A stretch of DNA of 58,105 nucleotides from assembly GCA_966192215.1 (NCBI GenBank), contig CBIGSA010000001.1, positions 1 through 58,105 on the forward strand, written 5' to 3'. The translations under genes were made by a program, and so were the position numbers. Numbering within the stretch: position 1 is the stretch's first letter; every line of letters begins with the position of its first letter. This document shows positions 18,824-29,827 of this stretch, in pieces. Under the pieces are notes generated by a model. The model saw nothing but the letters and a program-made list of their open reading frames with translations, had not been told where the DNA came from and searched no databases. Source of the DNA: an uncultured Devosia sp. (GTDB taxonomy: Bacteria; Pseudomonadota; Alphaproteobacteria; Rhizobiales; Devosiaceae).

Positions 18824-19568
18824 GGTGCATCCTCGATAGATCGTGGTTGGCTGGCCCCTCGAACAGACGGGCCAGGGCGGCAGAAAGTCCGATCACCGGC
18901 ACTGCGCTGGCGCGGTTCGGTGCGGCGGGGCTTGCGATGGCCTGCAGCAGGTCATGGAAGGCCGCGCGGTGCGGATCGATGACCGGCAGTTTCACCACTT
19001 CGGCGAGGCTGTCGAGGATTGGAATGAGACCGGTGCCGCCGATGATAACGCGGTCAGCCTCGAGCAGGCGTGCAGCCTCGTCAATGCGCGGGCCGCCGAT
19101 CGCTGGATCTCGCGCGCTCTCGTCGAGCACGATAATGCCGCCCAGCCTTGGTGTCAGGCCGCGGCGATGCACCAGTTCGAGAAGCATGTCGCGCCAGGCT
19201 TCGCCGATGGTGGCGATAGCAAAGGTGCCGCTGGCGGCTGCTGCGGCGACGAGGCCCTGATCGGCAAAGCCCATGACCGGCATGGGGGCGAGCTCCTGCA
19301 GCGCGTCCAGCCCGGGATCGCCGAAACAGGCCACGATCACTCCGTCGGGCTGGTAGCCGGTGGCTATGGCGTTCGCATAGGCGTCGATCACGGCATGCCC
19401 AGCCACGGTAACCGCTGCGCGACTTGAGATATACCGGGCGCCGAACGGGGCAGTGACGGCCTTGAAATCTGCCTGGTCACCGACCTCGTCGATCGCCAAA
19501 AGCCGGATTGTTTCGGTAATTCCCGGCGACGTATTGGGGTTGATCAGCAGAATGTTTGGTTTGGGCAT
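18807..19568 (-). CDS. Asp/Glu/hydantoin racemase family protein
   Basis: ILLINPNTS, ACFGDPGL, LPVIDP; the second Cys position reads IIGGTGL. Confidence 0.85.
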   Translation of the reverse strand: MPKPNILLINPNTSPGITETIRLLAIDEVGDQADFKAVTAPFGARYISSRAAVTVAGHAVIDAYANAIATGYQPDGVIVACFGDPGLDALQELAPMPVMGFADQGLVAAAAASGTFAIATIGEAWRDMLLELVHRRGLTPRLGGIIVLDESARDPAIGGPRIDEAARLLEADRVIIGGTGLIPILDSLAEVVKLPVIDPHRAAFHDLLQAIASPAAPNRASAVPVIGLSAALARLFEGPANHDLSRMHHDDTP

Positions 19569-19621
19569 GAACAGCGGCCTGTAGCGGGCGTTATGAGCGC
19601 CAATCATGCACATTGTCTGGA

Positions 19622-19653
19622 TTGCATACAAATCATTTTTGTACTGCATACGA
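19622..19653. promoter_or_regulatory. Tandem GntR-type operators
   Basis: TTGCATACAA (19622-19631) and CTGCATACGA (19644-19653) upstream of the racemase operon; ATGTATACGA at 19833-19842 upstream of the divergent ABC operon. Confidence 0.65.
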
Positions 19654-19929
19654 TCATGTCGGACGAATCCGCCGCAGATCGTTTCGTCAGAAATCGACCA
19701 TAGTACCTGATAGGCTTGACGAAATTGGCCGTCTACATGGTCTGCGCGTAGGGCCGGCACGGCACACCCGCAAAAAATGCATAGAAGGCTCAGTTGACGA
19801 ACCTCAATTTACGTGTTCGATTTGAACTAGAAATGTATACGAAATAGACGCATACCTCAAATGACAAGCGGCGTGACGACACGCAACGTGTATTCAGCCG
19901 ACCATGGACACAGGCACTGGGAGCATCGC

Positions 19930-21486
19930 ATGCACTTTCTCCATCGATCATTCGGACCCTTGAGGGTTGCCGCCCTGGCCGCGGGCGTCGCCCTCGGCGC
20001 GCTGGCTGCGCAAGGTGTGCTTGGCGCCGAGCGCGTCGACACTGTCATCGTCGCCGGTGCCGGCTCGGTCAACACGCTTGACCCGATCGCCTCCAACTAC
20101 TTCCAGACCAACGATCTCACCAGCCGCGTCTATAGCCCGCTGGTCACCTACGATGTCGACCTCAATGTGGTGGGGGCGCTGGCGGCCGACTTCAGCGTTG
20201 CCGATGATGCGCAGTCGCTGACCTTCACCCTGCGCGATGGCGCCACGTTCCACGACGGCTCGCCGGTCACGTCGGCAGACGTTGCGTATACGCTCGATCG
20301 CATCAAGCGCCTGGCCACCGGCGTTGCCTCCTATATCGCGGTCTACGACGCCACCGAAATCACCGACGACAAGACCTTCACCATCAAGCTCAGCAAGCCG
20401 TCGTCGCTGTTCCTGACTTCGCTCAGCCGCATCTACATTATCAACTCCAAGCTGGTGGAAGCCAACGTCGGCACGGACGACGCGCAGGCCTGGCTGGCCG
20501 CCAATGATGCGGGCAGCGGCCCCTACAAGCTCACCTCGATCACTGGCAACGACATTACCCTCGACTGGGCCGAGACCTATTGGGAAGTGCCCGGCGATCG
20601 TCCACTTTCCTTCGTGTTCCGTCGCGTCGACGAAAGCGCGCCCAAGCGTGAAGAGTTGACCGTCGGCAACATCGACGTTGCCCGCAACATCCTGTCGCGT
20701 GATCTGGATGTGCTGGCCACGCAGCCCGGCGTCAGCGTCGTCTTTGGCTCCGCGCCTGCGGTCAATGGCATCTATTTCAACTACCAGAGCGGCCCTACGG
20801 CCGATGCCAAGGTGCGCGAGGCAATCCGCCTCGCCTATGACTATGAGGGCGGGTTCCAGGGCATCCACCGCGGGCAGGGAGCGCTGCCCGCCGGCCCTCT
20901 GCCCGATACGCTGTCGTGCCGCCCCGAATTCCCCGTCGTGGCGCGCGATGTGGAAAAGGCCAAGGCGCTGCTTGCCGAAGCAGGTGTCAGCGATTTGACG
21001 CTGACGCTGCGGTTCCAGCCGGCCTTTGAGGACCAGGTGCAGGAAGCGACACTTCTGCAATCCAATCTCAAGGATATCGGGGTGACGCTCAACCTCGAGC
21101 CGATCGCCTTCCCGAACTATCTGCAGATGTTGCAGGATCCCACGCAGATCCCGCAGTTGATGCTGCTGTCGGAAAACTCGCTGTTCCCCGATCCGGGCGT
21201 GTTCCTGGCCAATACCTTCATGTCGACGGCGGTCGGCACCAATCGCGCCGGCTTCAACAATCCCGAAGTCGACACCATCCTGACGGAAGCCCTCTCGACC
21301 AGCGACGAGGCCGCCCGGTGCGACATGTACAAGCAGGCGCAGGAAATTATCGAAGCCGAATCGGTGTTCATGCCCCTCTACTGGTCAGGTACCTATTCCG
21401 CCTTCCGTAGTGATCGCCTCAAGAACCCGCTCGAGGGCCAGGTCAACGGCAACTTCAAGCCGCTGCCCTACGAGCAACTGCCCTAG
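19930..21486 (+). CDS. ABC transporter substrate-binding protein, family 5 (Dpp/Opp-like)
   Basis: Signal peptide; NTLDP, FTLRDGATFHDGSPVTSADVAYT, GSGPYKL. Confidence 0.93.
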   Translation: MHFLHRSFGPLRVAALAAGVALGALAAQGVLGAERVDTVIVAGAGSVNTLDPIASNYFQTNDLTSRVYSPLVTYDVDLNVVGALAADFSVADDAQSLTFTLRDGATFHDGSPVTSADVAYTLDRIKRLATGVASYIAVYDATEITDDKTFTIKLSKPSSLFLTSLSRIYIINSKLVEANVGTDDAQAWLAANDAGSGPYKLTSITGNDITLDWAETYWEVPGDRPLSFVFRRVDESAPKREELTVGNIDVARNILSRDLDVLATQPGVSVVFGSAPAVNGIYFNYQSGPTADAKVREAIRLAYDYEGGFQGIHRGQGALPAGPLPDTLSCRPEFPVVARDVEKAKALLAEAGVSDLTLTLRFQPAFEDQVQEATLLQSNLKDIGVTLNLEPIAFPNYLQMLQDPTQIPQLMLLSENSLFPDPGVFLANTFMSTAVGTNRAGFNNPEVDTILTEALSTSDEAARCDMYKQAQEIIEAESVFMPLYWSGTYSAFRSDRLKNPLEGQVNGNFKPLPYEQLP

Positions 21487-21495
21487 GAGCCCGCA

Positions 21496-22527
21496 ATGGC
21501 CTACCTGCGCCTCATTGGCCAACGTCTGGTGATGACAATCCTGACGCTGTGGGGGTTGGCAAGCCTGGTCTTTATCATGATCAAGCTGCTCCCCGGCAAT
21601 GAGGCGCAGGTGGCGGCCGGCCCTGGCGCCAGCGCGGCGCAGGTTGCGCTGGTAGCCGAACGGCTGGGACTGGATCGCCCCGTGGTCGAGCAATATGCAA
21701 GCTTTCTCGGCCGATTGCTGCGGGGAGACTTCGGCACCTCGGTCGTCTCTGCCAAGCCGGTGCTGACCGAGTTGACGGCCGTGCTGCCCAGCACCTTCGA
21801 GTTGATGATCGCAGCCAGCATACTTGGGGTCCTGATGGCCATTCCGCCGGCGCTGGTTGCAGTCGCCCGGCGCGGCCGGGCCTTCGATGGCAGCAGCCGT
21901 ATCCTTGCCGTCGCCGGCGGCGCCATGCCGGCCTTCTGGCTGGCCCTGATGCTGCAATATCTGCTGGGGAGCGTCTGGCGCATTGCGCCGATCTCGGGCC
22001 AGCATTCGTTCGGGATATCGTCCCCCATCATGACAGGCATGCCGACCATCGACGCGCTGCTTGCCGGCAACCTGCCGGCGTTTGGCGATGCGCTCTCCTA
22101 TCTCCTGCTGCCCGCCTTCGTCTTTGCGGTGCCCTTTGCCTCGCAGGTCTTTCGCCTGCTGCGGGCGACGCTGCTCGGGGTGATGGCGTCGGACATGATC
22201 CTGCCGCTGCGCGCCAAGGGGGCATCGACCCCGCGCATCCTGCTGCGGCATGCGCTGCCCAATGCCCTGCCGCCCACGGTCAGCCTGATCGGCACGCTGG
22301 TCGGCGGCATGGTCGGGGGTGCCATCTTGGTCGAGACGGTCTTCGCGCGCCGCGGCGTTGGCAGCTATCTGGCCAATGCGGTGGCGCTCAAGGATACCTA
22401 TGCGGTGCTGGGCGCGGTGATGTTCGTGGGCGTCACGGTGTGCCTGGTCAACCTCGCGGCCGACATCTTCACCCTGATGCTTGATCCGCGCATCCGCGGC
22501 GCCCAGTTCAGCGGAGGCCAAAAATGA
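21496..22527 (+). CDS. ABC permease (DppB-like)
   Basis: LGLDRPVVEQY...GDFGTS, RAKG...RHALPNA, ILVETVF, LDPRIR. Confidence 0.93.
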   Translation: MAYLRLIGQRLVMTILTLWGLASLVFIMIKLLPGNEAQVAAGPGASAAQVALVAERLGLDRPVVEQYASFLGRLLRGDFGTSVVSAKPVLTELTAVLPSTFELMIAASILGVLMAIPPALVAVARRGRAFDGSSRILAVAGGAMPAFWLALMLQYLLGSVWRIAPISGQHSFGISSPIMTGMPTIDALLAGNLPAFGDALSYLLLPAFVFAVPFASQVFRLLRATLLGVMASDMILPLRAKGASTPRILLRHALPNALPPTVSLIGTLVGGMVGGAILVETVFARRGVGSYLANAVALKDTYAVLGAVMFVGVTVCLVNLAADIFTLMLDPRIRGAQFSGGQK

Positions 22528-23381
22528 CCCTGGTCCTGCCCACCGCCGCGCCTGCCAAAGCCAGGAAGACCGGCCGCTTCTCGGTCTATGAGATCAGCGT
22601 GTTCACCGCTGTGGCTGCACTCTTGCTGTTGGCGCTGGTCGGGCCGTTCCTAGCGCCCGACTCGATCTACACGTCCAACATGCTGATGACCCTGATGCCG
22701 CCCAGCGCCGAGGACTGGCTGGGCACGGATGACCAGGGGCGCGATATCTTCTGGCGACTGATTGCGGGGGCGCAGTTGTCGCTGTTCGCCACCATCCTGG
22801 TCGTCATCCTCTATTCGGCCATCGGCACGCTCATCGCTACCTTGGCGACAGTGGGGCCGCGCTGGCTCGACGAGCTGCTGATGCGGATCACCGATATCGG
22901 CATGTCGTTGCCAGGGCTTGTGGTGGCCCTGGGCATTGCTACCGTCCTCGGGCCCAGCCTGCAGTCCGGTATTATCGCCATGGCGCTGACCGGCTGGCCG
23001 ATGACGGCGCGCATCTTGCGCACCACTATGCGCCAGACCATGGAGCAGCCCTTCGTAGAAGGCGCTCGCGTCTTGGGCGTTTCGCGCGGCCGGCTGATGC
23101 TCAAGCATGTGCTGCCCAATTCGGTCGACGTGCTGATCGTCAAATGGGCGGGCGATGTCAGCTACACCATGCTGATCCTGGCGGGCCTGTCCTTCATTGG
23201 TGTCGGCGCGCAGCCGCCCAGTCCGGAATGGGGCGCCATGATCTCGGGCGCGCGCAGCTACATGTCGATCGCCTGGTGGGCGGTGGCCGCGCCGGGTGCA
23301 GCCATCGTGGTCAACGCCGTCGCCTTTGCGCTGCTTGCCGATATCCTGCAGGTGCGGCGCGATCCTTCGTTGCAGAGCTGA
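22524..23381 (+). CDS. ABC permease (DppC-like)
   Basis: WLGTDDQGRD, FVEGARVLG, HVLPN, LSFIGVGAQPPSPEWG. Confidence 0.93.
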   Translation: MTLVLPTAAPAKARKTGRFSVYEISVFTAVAALLLLALVGPFLAPDSIYTSNMLMTLMPPSAEDWLGTDDQGRDIFWRLIAGAQLSLFATILVVILYSAIGTLIATLATVGPRWLDELLMRITDIGMSLPGLVVALGIATVLGPSLQSGIIAMALTGWPMTARILRTTMRQTMEQPFVEGARVLGVSRGRLMLKHVLPNSVDVLIVKWAGDVSYTMLILAGLSFIGVGAQPPSPEWGAMISGARSYMSIAWWAVAAPGAAIVVNAVAFALLADILQVRRDPSLQS

Positions 23382-23388
23382 ACCGGAC

Positions 23389-24399
23389 ATGGACATGAGC
23401 CCTATCCCCACAAAGGTCGCGCCGGAGCGGTCGCAACGCTCCGCTCCCCTGCTATCGGTAGAAGCACTGAGCGCCGAAATCGGCAGCGGCGGCGACGTCG
23501 TGCGTCTGGTGGATACGGTCAGTTTCACTATCGGTCGCGGCGAGCGGGTCGCCCTGGTGGGCGAATCCGGCTCGGGCAAGTCGGTGACAGCACAGGCCAT
23601 TATGCGGCTCAATCCGCGCGTGCGGCTGAGCGGGCGCATGCTGTTCGACGGCACCGACCTGGTCGGGCTGGCGCCGCGCCAGATGAATGCGTTCCGCGGC
23701 GGCCGCATCGGCATGGTCTTCCAGGACCCGATGAGTTCGCTTGATCCGCTGATGACCATCGGCGACCAGGTTGCCGAAACGCTGCGCGTTCGCGGCATAT
23801 CGCGGCGTGAGGCTCTGCTGCGGGCGCGAGACGTACTGGACGAGCTCAAGGTGGCGCGAGCGGCCGAGCGGCTCGGCTCCTATCCGCATGAATTTTCCGG
23901 CGGCATGCGCCAGCGCGTGGTACTGGCCATGGCACTGATTGGCGAGCCCGACCTGCTGATTGCCGATGAGCCCACCACGGCGCTGGACGTGCGCGTACAG
24001 GAACATGTGCTGGATCTGCTAGACGAGATTTCGGCGCGCCGCGGACTGGCGGTTATGTTGATCACCCACGACCTGGGCATCGTCGCCGGCTTTGCCGATC
24101 GCTTGATGGTGATGTATTCGGGGCGCCTCGTCGAGGAGAACGAGGTCCTGTCGCTGTTCCGCGGGCCGCGCCACCCCTATACGCAAGGCCTGCTCGATGC
24201 GGTCCCGCGCGTCGATCGCACCGTGGCCCGGTTGCCCTCGATTCCCGGCACCCCGCCGATGCCGGCGCAACGACCGTCAGGCTGCCATTTCCATCCGCGC
24301 TGCCCGCAGGCCATGCCGGCCTGCAGCGAGGTCGTACCGCCCGAGACCCGCATCGCACCCGATGGCCGCGTGCGCTGCCTGCTGCATGGAGGACTGTGA
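23389..24399 (+). CDS. ABC ATP-binding protein (DppD-like)
   Basis: GESGSGKS, YPHEFSGGMRQR, ADEPTTALD, HPYT, GCHFHPRC. Confidence 0.95.
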   Translation: MDMSPIPTKVAPERSQRSAPLLSVEALSAEIGSGGDVVRLVDTVSFTIGRGERVALVGESGSGKSVTAQAIMRLNPRVRLSGRMLFDGTDLVGLAPRQMNAFRGGRIGMVFQDPMSSLDPLMTIGDQVAETLRVRGISRREALLRARDVLDELKVARAAERLGSYPHEFSGGMRQRVVLAMALIGEPDLLIADEPTTALDVRVQEHVLDLLDEISARRGLAVMLITHDLGIVAGFADRLMVMYSGRLVEENEVLSLFRGPRHPYTQGLLDAVPRVDRTVARLPSIPGTPPMPAQRPSGCHFHPRCPQAMPACSEVVPPETRIAPDGRVRCLLHGGL

Positions 24400-25208
24400 T
24401 GCTGCAGTTGCAGTCCGTCACCAAGAGCTTTGCCACCGGTCGCAACCAGCGCGTGGTCGTGCTCGACGATATCAGCCTCTCCGTTGAGGCGGGTCAGTCC
24501 GTCGGCCTCGTCGGCGAATCCGGTTCGGGCAAGTCCACGCTCATCCGCTGCGCACTGGGCCTGATGCGGCCCGATAGCGGTCGCATCAGCTACGACGGGC
24601 TTGATGTCACCCGGTCGGGCCGTGCCGACCATCTGCGCTTTCGGCGCGAGGTGCAATTGGTGTTCCAGGACCCCTATGCCAGCCTCAATCCGCGCATGAC
24701 CGTGGAGGAGCTCGTCGGCGAAGGATTGCTCGTGCACAAACTGGAACGCTCCGCCGCCACGCGCCGCGACAGGGTGGTCGAGATCCTGCGCGATGTGGGC
24801 CTCGGCGAAGAAGCCCTGTCGCGCTATCCGCGCTCGTTTTCCGGCGGCCAGCGCCAGCGTATCGCCATCGCGCGCGCCCTGGTGATCCGGCCAAAGCTCT
24901 TGATCTGCGACGAGCCGGTCTCGGCGCTCGACGTCTCGGTGCAGGCGCAGGTGATCAACCTGCTGCAGGATATGCAGCAAAAGCTTGGCCTGGGCATCTT
25001 GTTCGTGGCGCATGACCTGGCCGTGGTACGCCACCTCTGCGAAACGGTGGCGGTCCTTGAGAAGGGCAGAATCGTCGAGCGCGGCACGCGTGAGGCGGTG
25101 TTCGAGCAGCCCCAGCATCCCTATACGCACTCGCTGCTTGAGGCGGTGCCGGTGCCCGACCCCGAGATCGGCCGAGCCCGGCGGGCGGCCCGTCAGGGCG
25201 TGGCATGA
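24399..25208 (+). CDS. ABC ATP-binding protein (DppF-like)
   Basis: GESGSGKST, FQDPYASLNPR, FSGGQRQRIAIARAL, CDEPVSALD. Confidence 0.95.
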   Translation: MLQLQSVTKSFATGRNQRVVVLDDISLSVEAGQSVGLVGESGSGKSTLIRCALGLMRPDSGRISYDGLDVTRSGRADHLRFRREVQLVFQDPYASLNPRMTVEELVGEGLLVHKLERSAATRRDRVVEILRDVGLGEEALSRYPRSFSGGQRQRIAIARALVIRPKLLICDEPVSALDVSVQAQVINLLQDMQQKLGLGILFVAHDLAVVRHLCETVAVLEKGRIVERGTREAVFEQPQHPYTHSLLEAVPVPDPEIGRARRAARQGVA

Positions 25209-25927
25209 AGGCCTTCGGCACGATCGTGCCCTCATCCAAGGTCATGGTCGAGCGCGTCAGCATCGCCATGACGCGCGACATTGCCGATTTGTCGCCGCAT
25301 TTTGCGCGCTTCGGCTTTGCTGGTCCCGTCGACACTGTGGTCGATGATTATCACTGGCCCTCCATGCTGGAGGCCGGGCGCCTGCTGACCGATGCCCGGG
25401 TGGACCTGATCTGCTGGAACGGCAGCAAGGGCGGCGAACTGGGCTTTGATCGCGACCGCGAATTGTGCAGACGGCTGGAAGAGAGCTATGGCGTGCCCGC
25501 GGTGACCTCGGTGCTGAGTCTTGACCAACTGCTGCGCGCGGCGGGCATCGAGCGCCTTGCCTTCGTGACGCCGTTCCGCCAGGCGGTCAATGATCGCATC
25601 ACGCAGGTCTGGGCGGGCCAGGGCTATCACTGCGTCGCCGCGCGCGGCGCCGGCCTCAGCGATAATTTCAGCTATTCGCAGATGGGTGCGGCAACGCTCA
25701 CCGCCATGGCGGTTGATGTGGCCGAAGCCGGGCCGCAGGCGATCGTCTTCTATTGCACCAACCTGCCGGGGGCGCCGCTCTGTGCCGGCCTCGAGGTCGA
25801 ACTGGGCCTGCCCGTTCTGGACAGCGTCTCGGCCGGCGTCTGGGGTGCGCTGGACGGGCTTGGGCTGGCCCAGCACCTCGATGGCCGCTGGGGCCAGCTC
25901 CTCAGCGGAACGCGCCCTTCGCCTTGA
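25205..25927 (+). CDS. Maleate isomerase/arylmalonate decarboxylase-like (Asp/Glu racemase superfamily)
   Basis: GTIVPSS, WNGSKG, LAFVTPF, FYCTNL, LGLPVLDS. Confidence 0.82.
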   Translation: MKAFGTIVPSSKVMVERVSIAMTRDIADLSPHFARFGFAGPVDTVVDDYHWPSMLEAGRLLTDARVDLICWNGSKGGELGFDRDRELCRRLEESYGVPAVTSVLSLDQLLRAAGIERLAFVTPFRQAVNDRITQVWAGQGYHCVAARGAGLSDNFSYSQMGAATLTAMAVDVAEAGPQAIVFYCTNLPGAPLCAGLEVELGLPVLDSVSAGVWGALDGLGLAQHLDGRWGQLLSGTRPSP

Positions 25928-26852
25928 GCCAATCGATGGTCGGCTGCAACCGGGCATAGACGTCGATCTGGTCGGGTGTGGCTGCCCCGGCGCGCAGGCG
26001 GCGCAGGCTGTCACGCAGCAGGCTGCGATACTCATCCAGATTTGCATCGGACTGGTGAGCCAGCCAGTCGGCGTCAAACACCGGCATGGCGAACTGGCCA
26101 CGGTGAAATTCGACCCAGCGCGTCGCCTGCGGCACCAGGGCCAGCAGGGCCGGCCAGTCGATGTCGCCGGTGCCAAGCGGGGTCAGGTAGCGCCGCATCT
26201 GCTCGCCGTCGAAGGTGGTGTAGCTATCGTCGATGTGAATCTGGACCACGTGCGGCGCGATCCTACGGGTGCATTCGACAGCGTCTTCCAGCCGGCAGGC
26301 GACATTGACGGGATCATGGGCAATGCCGAGCAGCTCGGACGTCACGGCGTCGATGATGCGCAGGATTTCAAAACTCGATATTTCCTCATGCGTCTTGATC
26401 AACAGGCGGATGCCGGTGTCCCGCAGCGCCGGCGCCAGCTTGCGCACACCCTCGATGACGCCTTCGAGCTGGTCGGCCCAGGACACATCGGCATCGTCGC
26501 GATCCTCGATCATCCCGACTACGAAAAACAGGGTGCTGGCACCAAGAGCGGGCAGGGCGCGGATGAGGCGCTCCATACCCGCAACGACATCGCCGCTGCC
26601 CAATTCGGCCAAGGCGCCGCAGCGTTTGGGTTGCGCGGGATTGAAGGTGCCGGCGCCCGCATTGATGGACATGCCAAGCGCCGTCGCCCGCTCACGCGCT
26701 GTGGCCAGCATCTGCGGATCGAGACCGGGGAAGCTGCCCGGCAGATTGCCGAAGAGGACGGCGTCCATGCCAAGGGCCTTCGCGCGGTCGAGGATATCGC
26801 CAGGGCTCATCGCCTCATGGCCGGGGAGGCTGTTGTTGAAGATGCCGATCAT
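25902..26852 (-). CDS. Xylose-isomerase-like TIM-barrel (sugar phosphate isomerase/epimerase family)
   Basis: LGIAHDPVN, VVQIHIDD, PLGTGDIDW, WVEF. Confidence 0.8.
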   Translation of the reverse strand: MIGIFNNSLPGHEAMSPGDILDRAKALGMDAVLFGNLPGSFPGLDPQMLATARERATALGMSINAGAGTFNPAQPKRCGALAELGSGDVVAGMERLIRALPALGASTLFFVVGMIEDRDDADVSWADQLEGVIEGVRKLAPALRDTGIRLLIKTHEEISSFEILRIIDAVTSELLGIAHDPVNVACRLEDAVECTRRIAPHVVQIHIDDSYTTFDGEQMRRYLTPLGTGDIDWPALLALVPQATRWVEFHRGQFAMPVFDADWLAHQSDANLDEYRSLLRDSLRRLRAGAATPDQIDVYARLQPTIDWLKAKGAFR

Positions 26853-26878
26853 TGCTCATCCATCAGTTCATGGAGTTA

Positions 26879-26888
26879 TTGTATACAA
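26879..26888. promoter_or_regulatory. GntR-type operator TTGTATACAA
   Basis: Perfect 10-bp palindrome 26 nt upstream of the TIM-barrel gene start. Confidence 0.7.
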
Positions 26889-27065
26889 ATATGTTGCAGA
26901 TCGAATGCGATTTTCAGATAGGTGCTATGAGAATGATGCAAGGCTGGTAGCGGCTTTGTAACGTCGGAGTACCATATACCAACGCTTTGATGAAAGGTCT
27001 GCATCGCACTGATCAGCGTAATCACACGTCTCGATCGGCAATATCACCAGCTTGCATCATCGTTT

Positions 27066-27096
27066 TTGCATCCGAAATAAGAAATTTTGTATGCGA
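27066..27096. promoter_or_regulatory. Tandem GntR-type operators upstream of CUT1 ABC operon
   Basis: TTGCATCCGA (27066-27075) and TTGTATGCGA (27087-27096), followed by TTGACA at 27102. Confidence 0.6.
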
Positions 27097-27157
27097 TCAT
27101 GTTGACAATAAAAATACAAAGCGCCACGGTTAGGCCATCGAACCGGCGGAGAGCGAT

Positions 27158-28210
<1,053 letters not shown>

Positions 28211-28341
28211 GCCGCCGGGGCCGGCGCATCGCGGACTGGAGCGGATAGCCCGCCGCTCCGGCCCATCCAAACCTGCAAACTCAATCCACCGTGCCCGCCA
28301 CCGGGACACGGAACGATCTCTCACACCCAAGCGAGGCATTT

Positions 28342-29781
28342 ATGACCAAGTCTGTCGATCTGTTCAAACGTGGCCTGTCCCGCCGCAGCATGCTCAAGGG
28401 CATGGCCGCCGGCTCCACTCTGCTGGCGATGCCATCCATCCTGACGTCGCGCGCCTTCGCGCAGGCGCCGGGCAGCAATCCGGGCAAGTACAAGCTCGAT
28501 CTGGGCGGTTATTCGGGGCCAGAACTGAGCGACCAGCCGATCACGCTCAAGTTCATGCGCCAGGATTTTCCGCCCGCAGTGAACGACACCTTCAGCCTGG
28601 CCTATGCCGAGTTCACTGCGGCTTATCCGAACATCACCGTGGAAGAAGAACGGGTGCCCTATGGCGACCTGCCACAGAAGGTGCAGGTCTATGTGGCGTC
28701 CGGCAGCGCCCCTGACATCATGATGGGTCGCAACGACTTTGCCTCGGCCTATGCCGCTGGCGAGCTGGCCCTGCCGCTGCAGAACTTCCTCACCCCTGAC
28801 TATATCGAGGACGTGTATGCGCCGCTGCGCGAGTCGGCGACGTTCGACGGCAACCTGCTGTGCCTGCCCTGGGAAACCAACCCGACCTTCCTCTACTTCA
28901 ACCGCGACATATTCGCAGCCGCTGGAGTGGAAACACCGCCCGAGGTTAGCGATGTCAACGAAGGCTGGACGGTCGAGCAGTATCTGTCGGCCCTCGACGC
29001 CATCACCACGAGCTTGCGTGCGGCTGGCAATACTGAAACCTTCGGTCTGGCGGCGTCCATGTATGGCAATGGCGGACCTGGCTCGAACTATACCCAGCTC
29101 GAAAGCGTCTGGGTCCGCATGATGGGCGATCCCAAGGCGGCGCCCGACAGCTCGGTCTACAAGACCTTTCTCGGCGTATCCGAAGACGGCTTCACCGCCA
29201 CCGGCTACCTCAATACGCCTGAAGCTGTGCAGGGCATGACCAACTACCAGACCCTTTTCACCAAGGGCTACACGCCGCAGGGCGCGCAGCCGGACATGTA
29301 TCGCGGCGGTGTCGCGGCGACCTCGTTCGGATCGATGAACTTCGCCAACCGTTTCAAGGCCGAAGGCGACCCCTTCAGCTGGGGCGCGACCCCGGCGCCG
29401 CGCGGCACCATCGCCTATTCGACTACGGTGGCGGATTCCCCGTTTATCTGGTCGGGCACTCCGCATGCCAACGAGGCTGCGGCGCTGCTCGCCTACATCA
29501 CCAGCGATGCCAAGCGCCGGGCCTTCCATGGCGCCTGGGGCTCCATGCCGGTGCGCCAGTCGCTGATCGCGGAGATTCCCGAGTACCAGACCAACCAGGT
29601 CAACATGCTCGCCGTATCCTGCGCCAACAATGCCTATGGCCCGCCCAAGACCGTGGGTTGGTTCGACTACTTCAGTGCCGCCAACCCGGCCGTCAAGGAC
29701 ATTGCCCTGGGTGCCGACGTGGCCACGCGCCTCACCGAGGCGGCAACCCAGATCGACGGCCTGCTGGCCAAGTACAAGTAA
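28342..29781 (+). CDS. CUT1 ABC substrate-binding protein with Tat signal
   Basis: SRRSMLKG twin-arginine motif, AFA cleavage site; APDIM, LYFNRDIFAAAG. Confidence 0.9.
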   Translation: MTKSVDLFKRGLSRRSMLKGMAAGSTLLAMPSILTSRAFAQAPGSNPGKYKLDLGGYSGPELSDQPITLKFMRQDFPPAVNDTFSLAYAEFTAAYPNITVEEERVPYGDLPQKVQVYVASGSAPDIMMGRNDFASAYAAGELALPLQNFLTPDYIEDVYAPLRESATFDGNLLCLPWETNPTFLYFNRDIFAAAGVETPPEVSDVNEGWTVEQYLSALDAITTSLRAAGNTETFGLAASMYGNGGPGSNYTQLESVWVRMMGDPKAAPDSSVYKTFLGVSEDGFTATGYLNTPEAVQGMTNYQTLFTKGYTPQGAQPDMYRGGVAATSFGSMNFANRFKAEGDPFSWGATPAPRGTIAYSTTVADSPFIWSGTPHANEAAALLAYITSDAKRRAFHGAWGSMPVRQSLIAEIPEYQTNQVNMLAVSCANNAYGPPKTVGWFDYFSAANPAVKDIALGADVATRLTEAATQIDGLLAKYK

Positions 29782-29786
29782 ACGTC

Positions 29787-29816
29787 ATTGCGGCCGCGAC
29801 CGGTCGCGGCCGCAAT
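29787..29816. other. Perfect 30-bp palindrome after SBP gene (probable mRNA-stabilising hairpin)
   Basis: ATTGCGGCCGCGACC/GGTCGCGGCCGCAAT between SBP and permease. Confidence 0.6.
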
Positions 29817-29827
29817 TCGTGTTGGAG

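Noticed and set aside
29787-29816. Perfect palindrome as a recombination site
   Set aside because: Position right after an SBP gene fits a routine mRNA-stabilising hairpin; a similar hairpin follows the SBP near 7095-7115.
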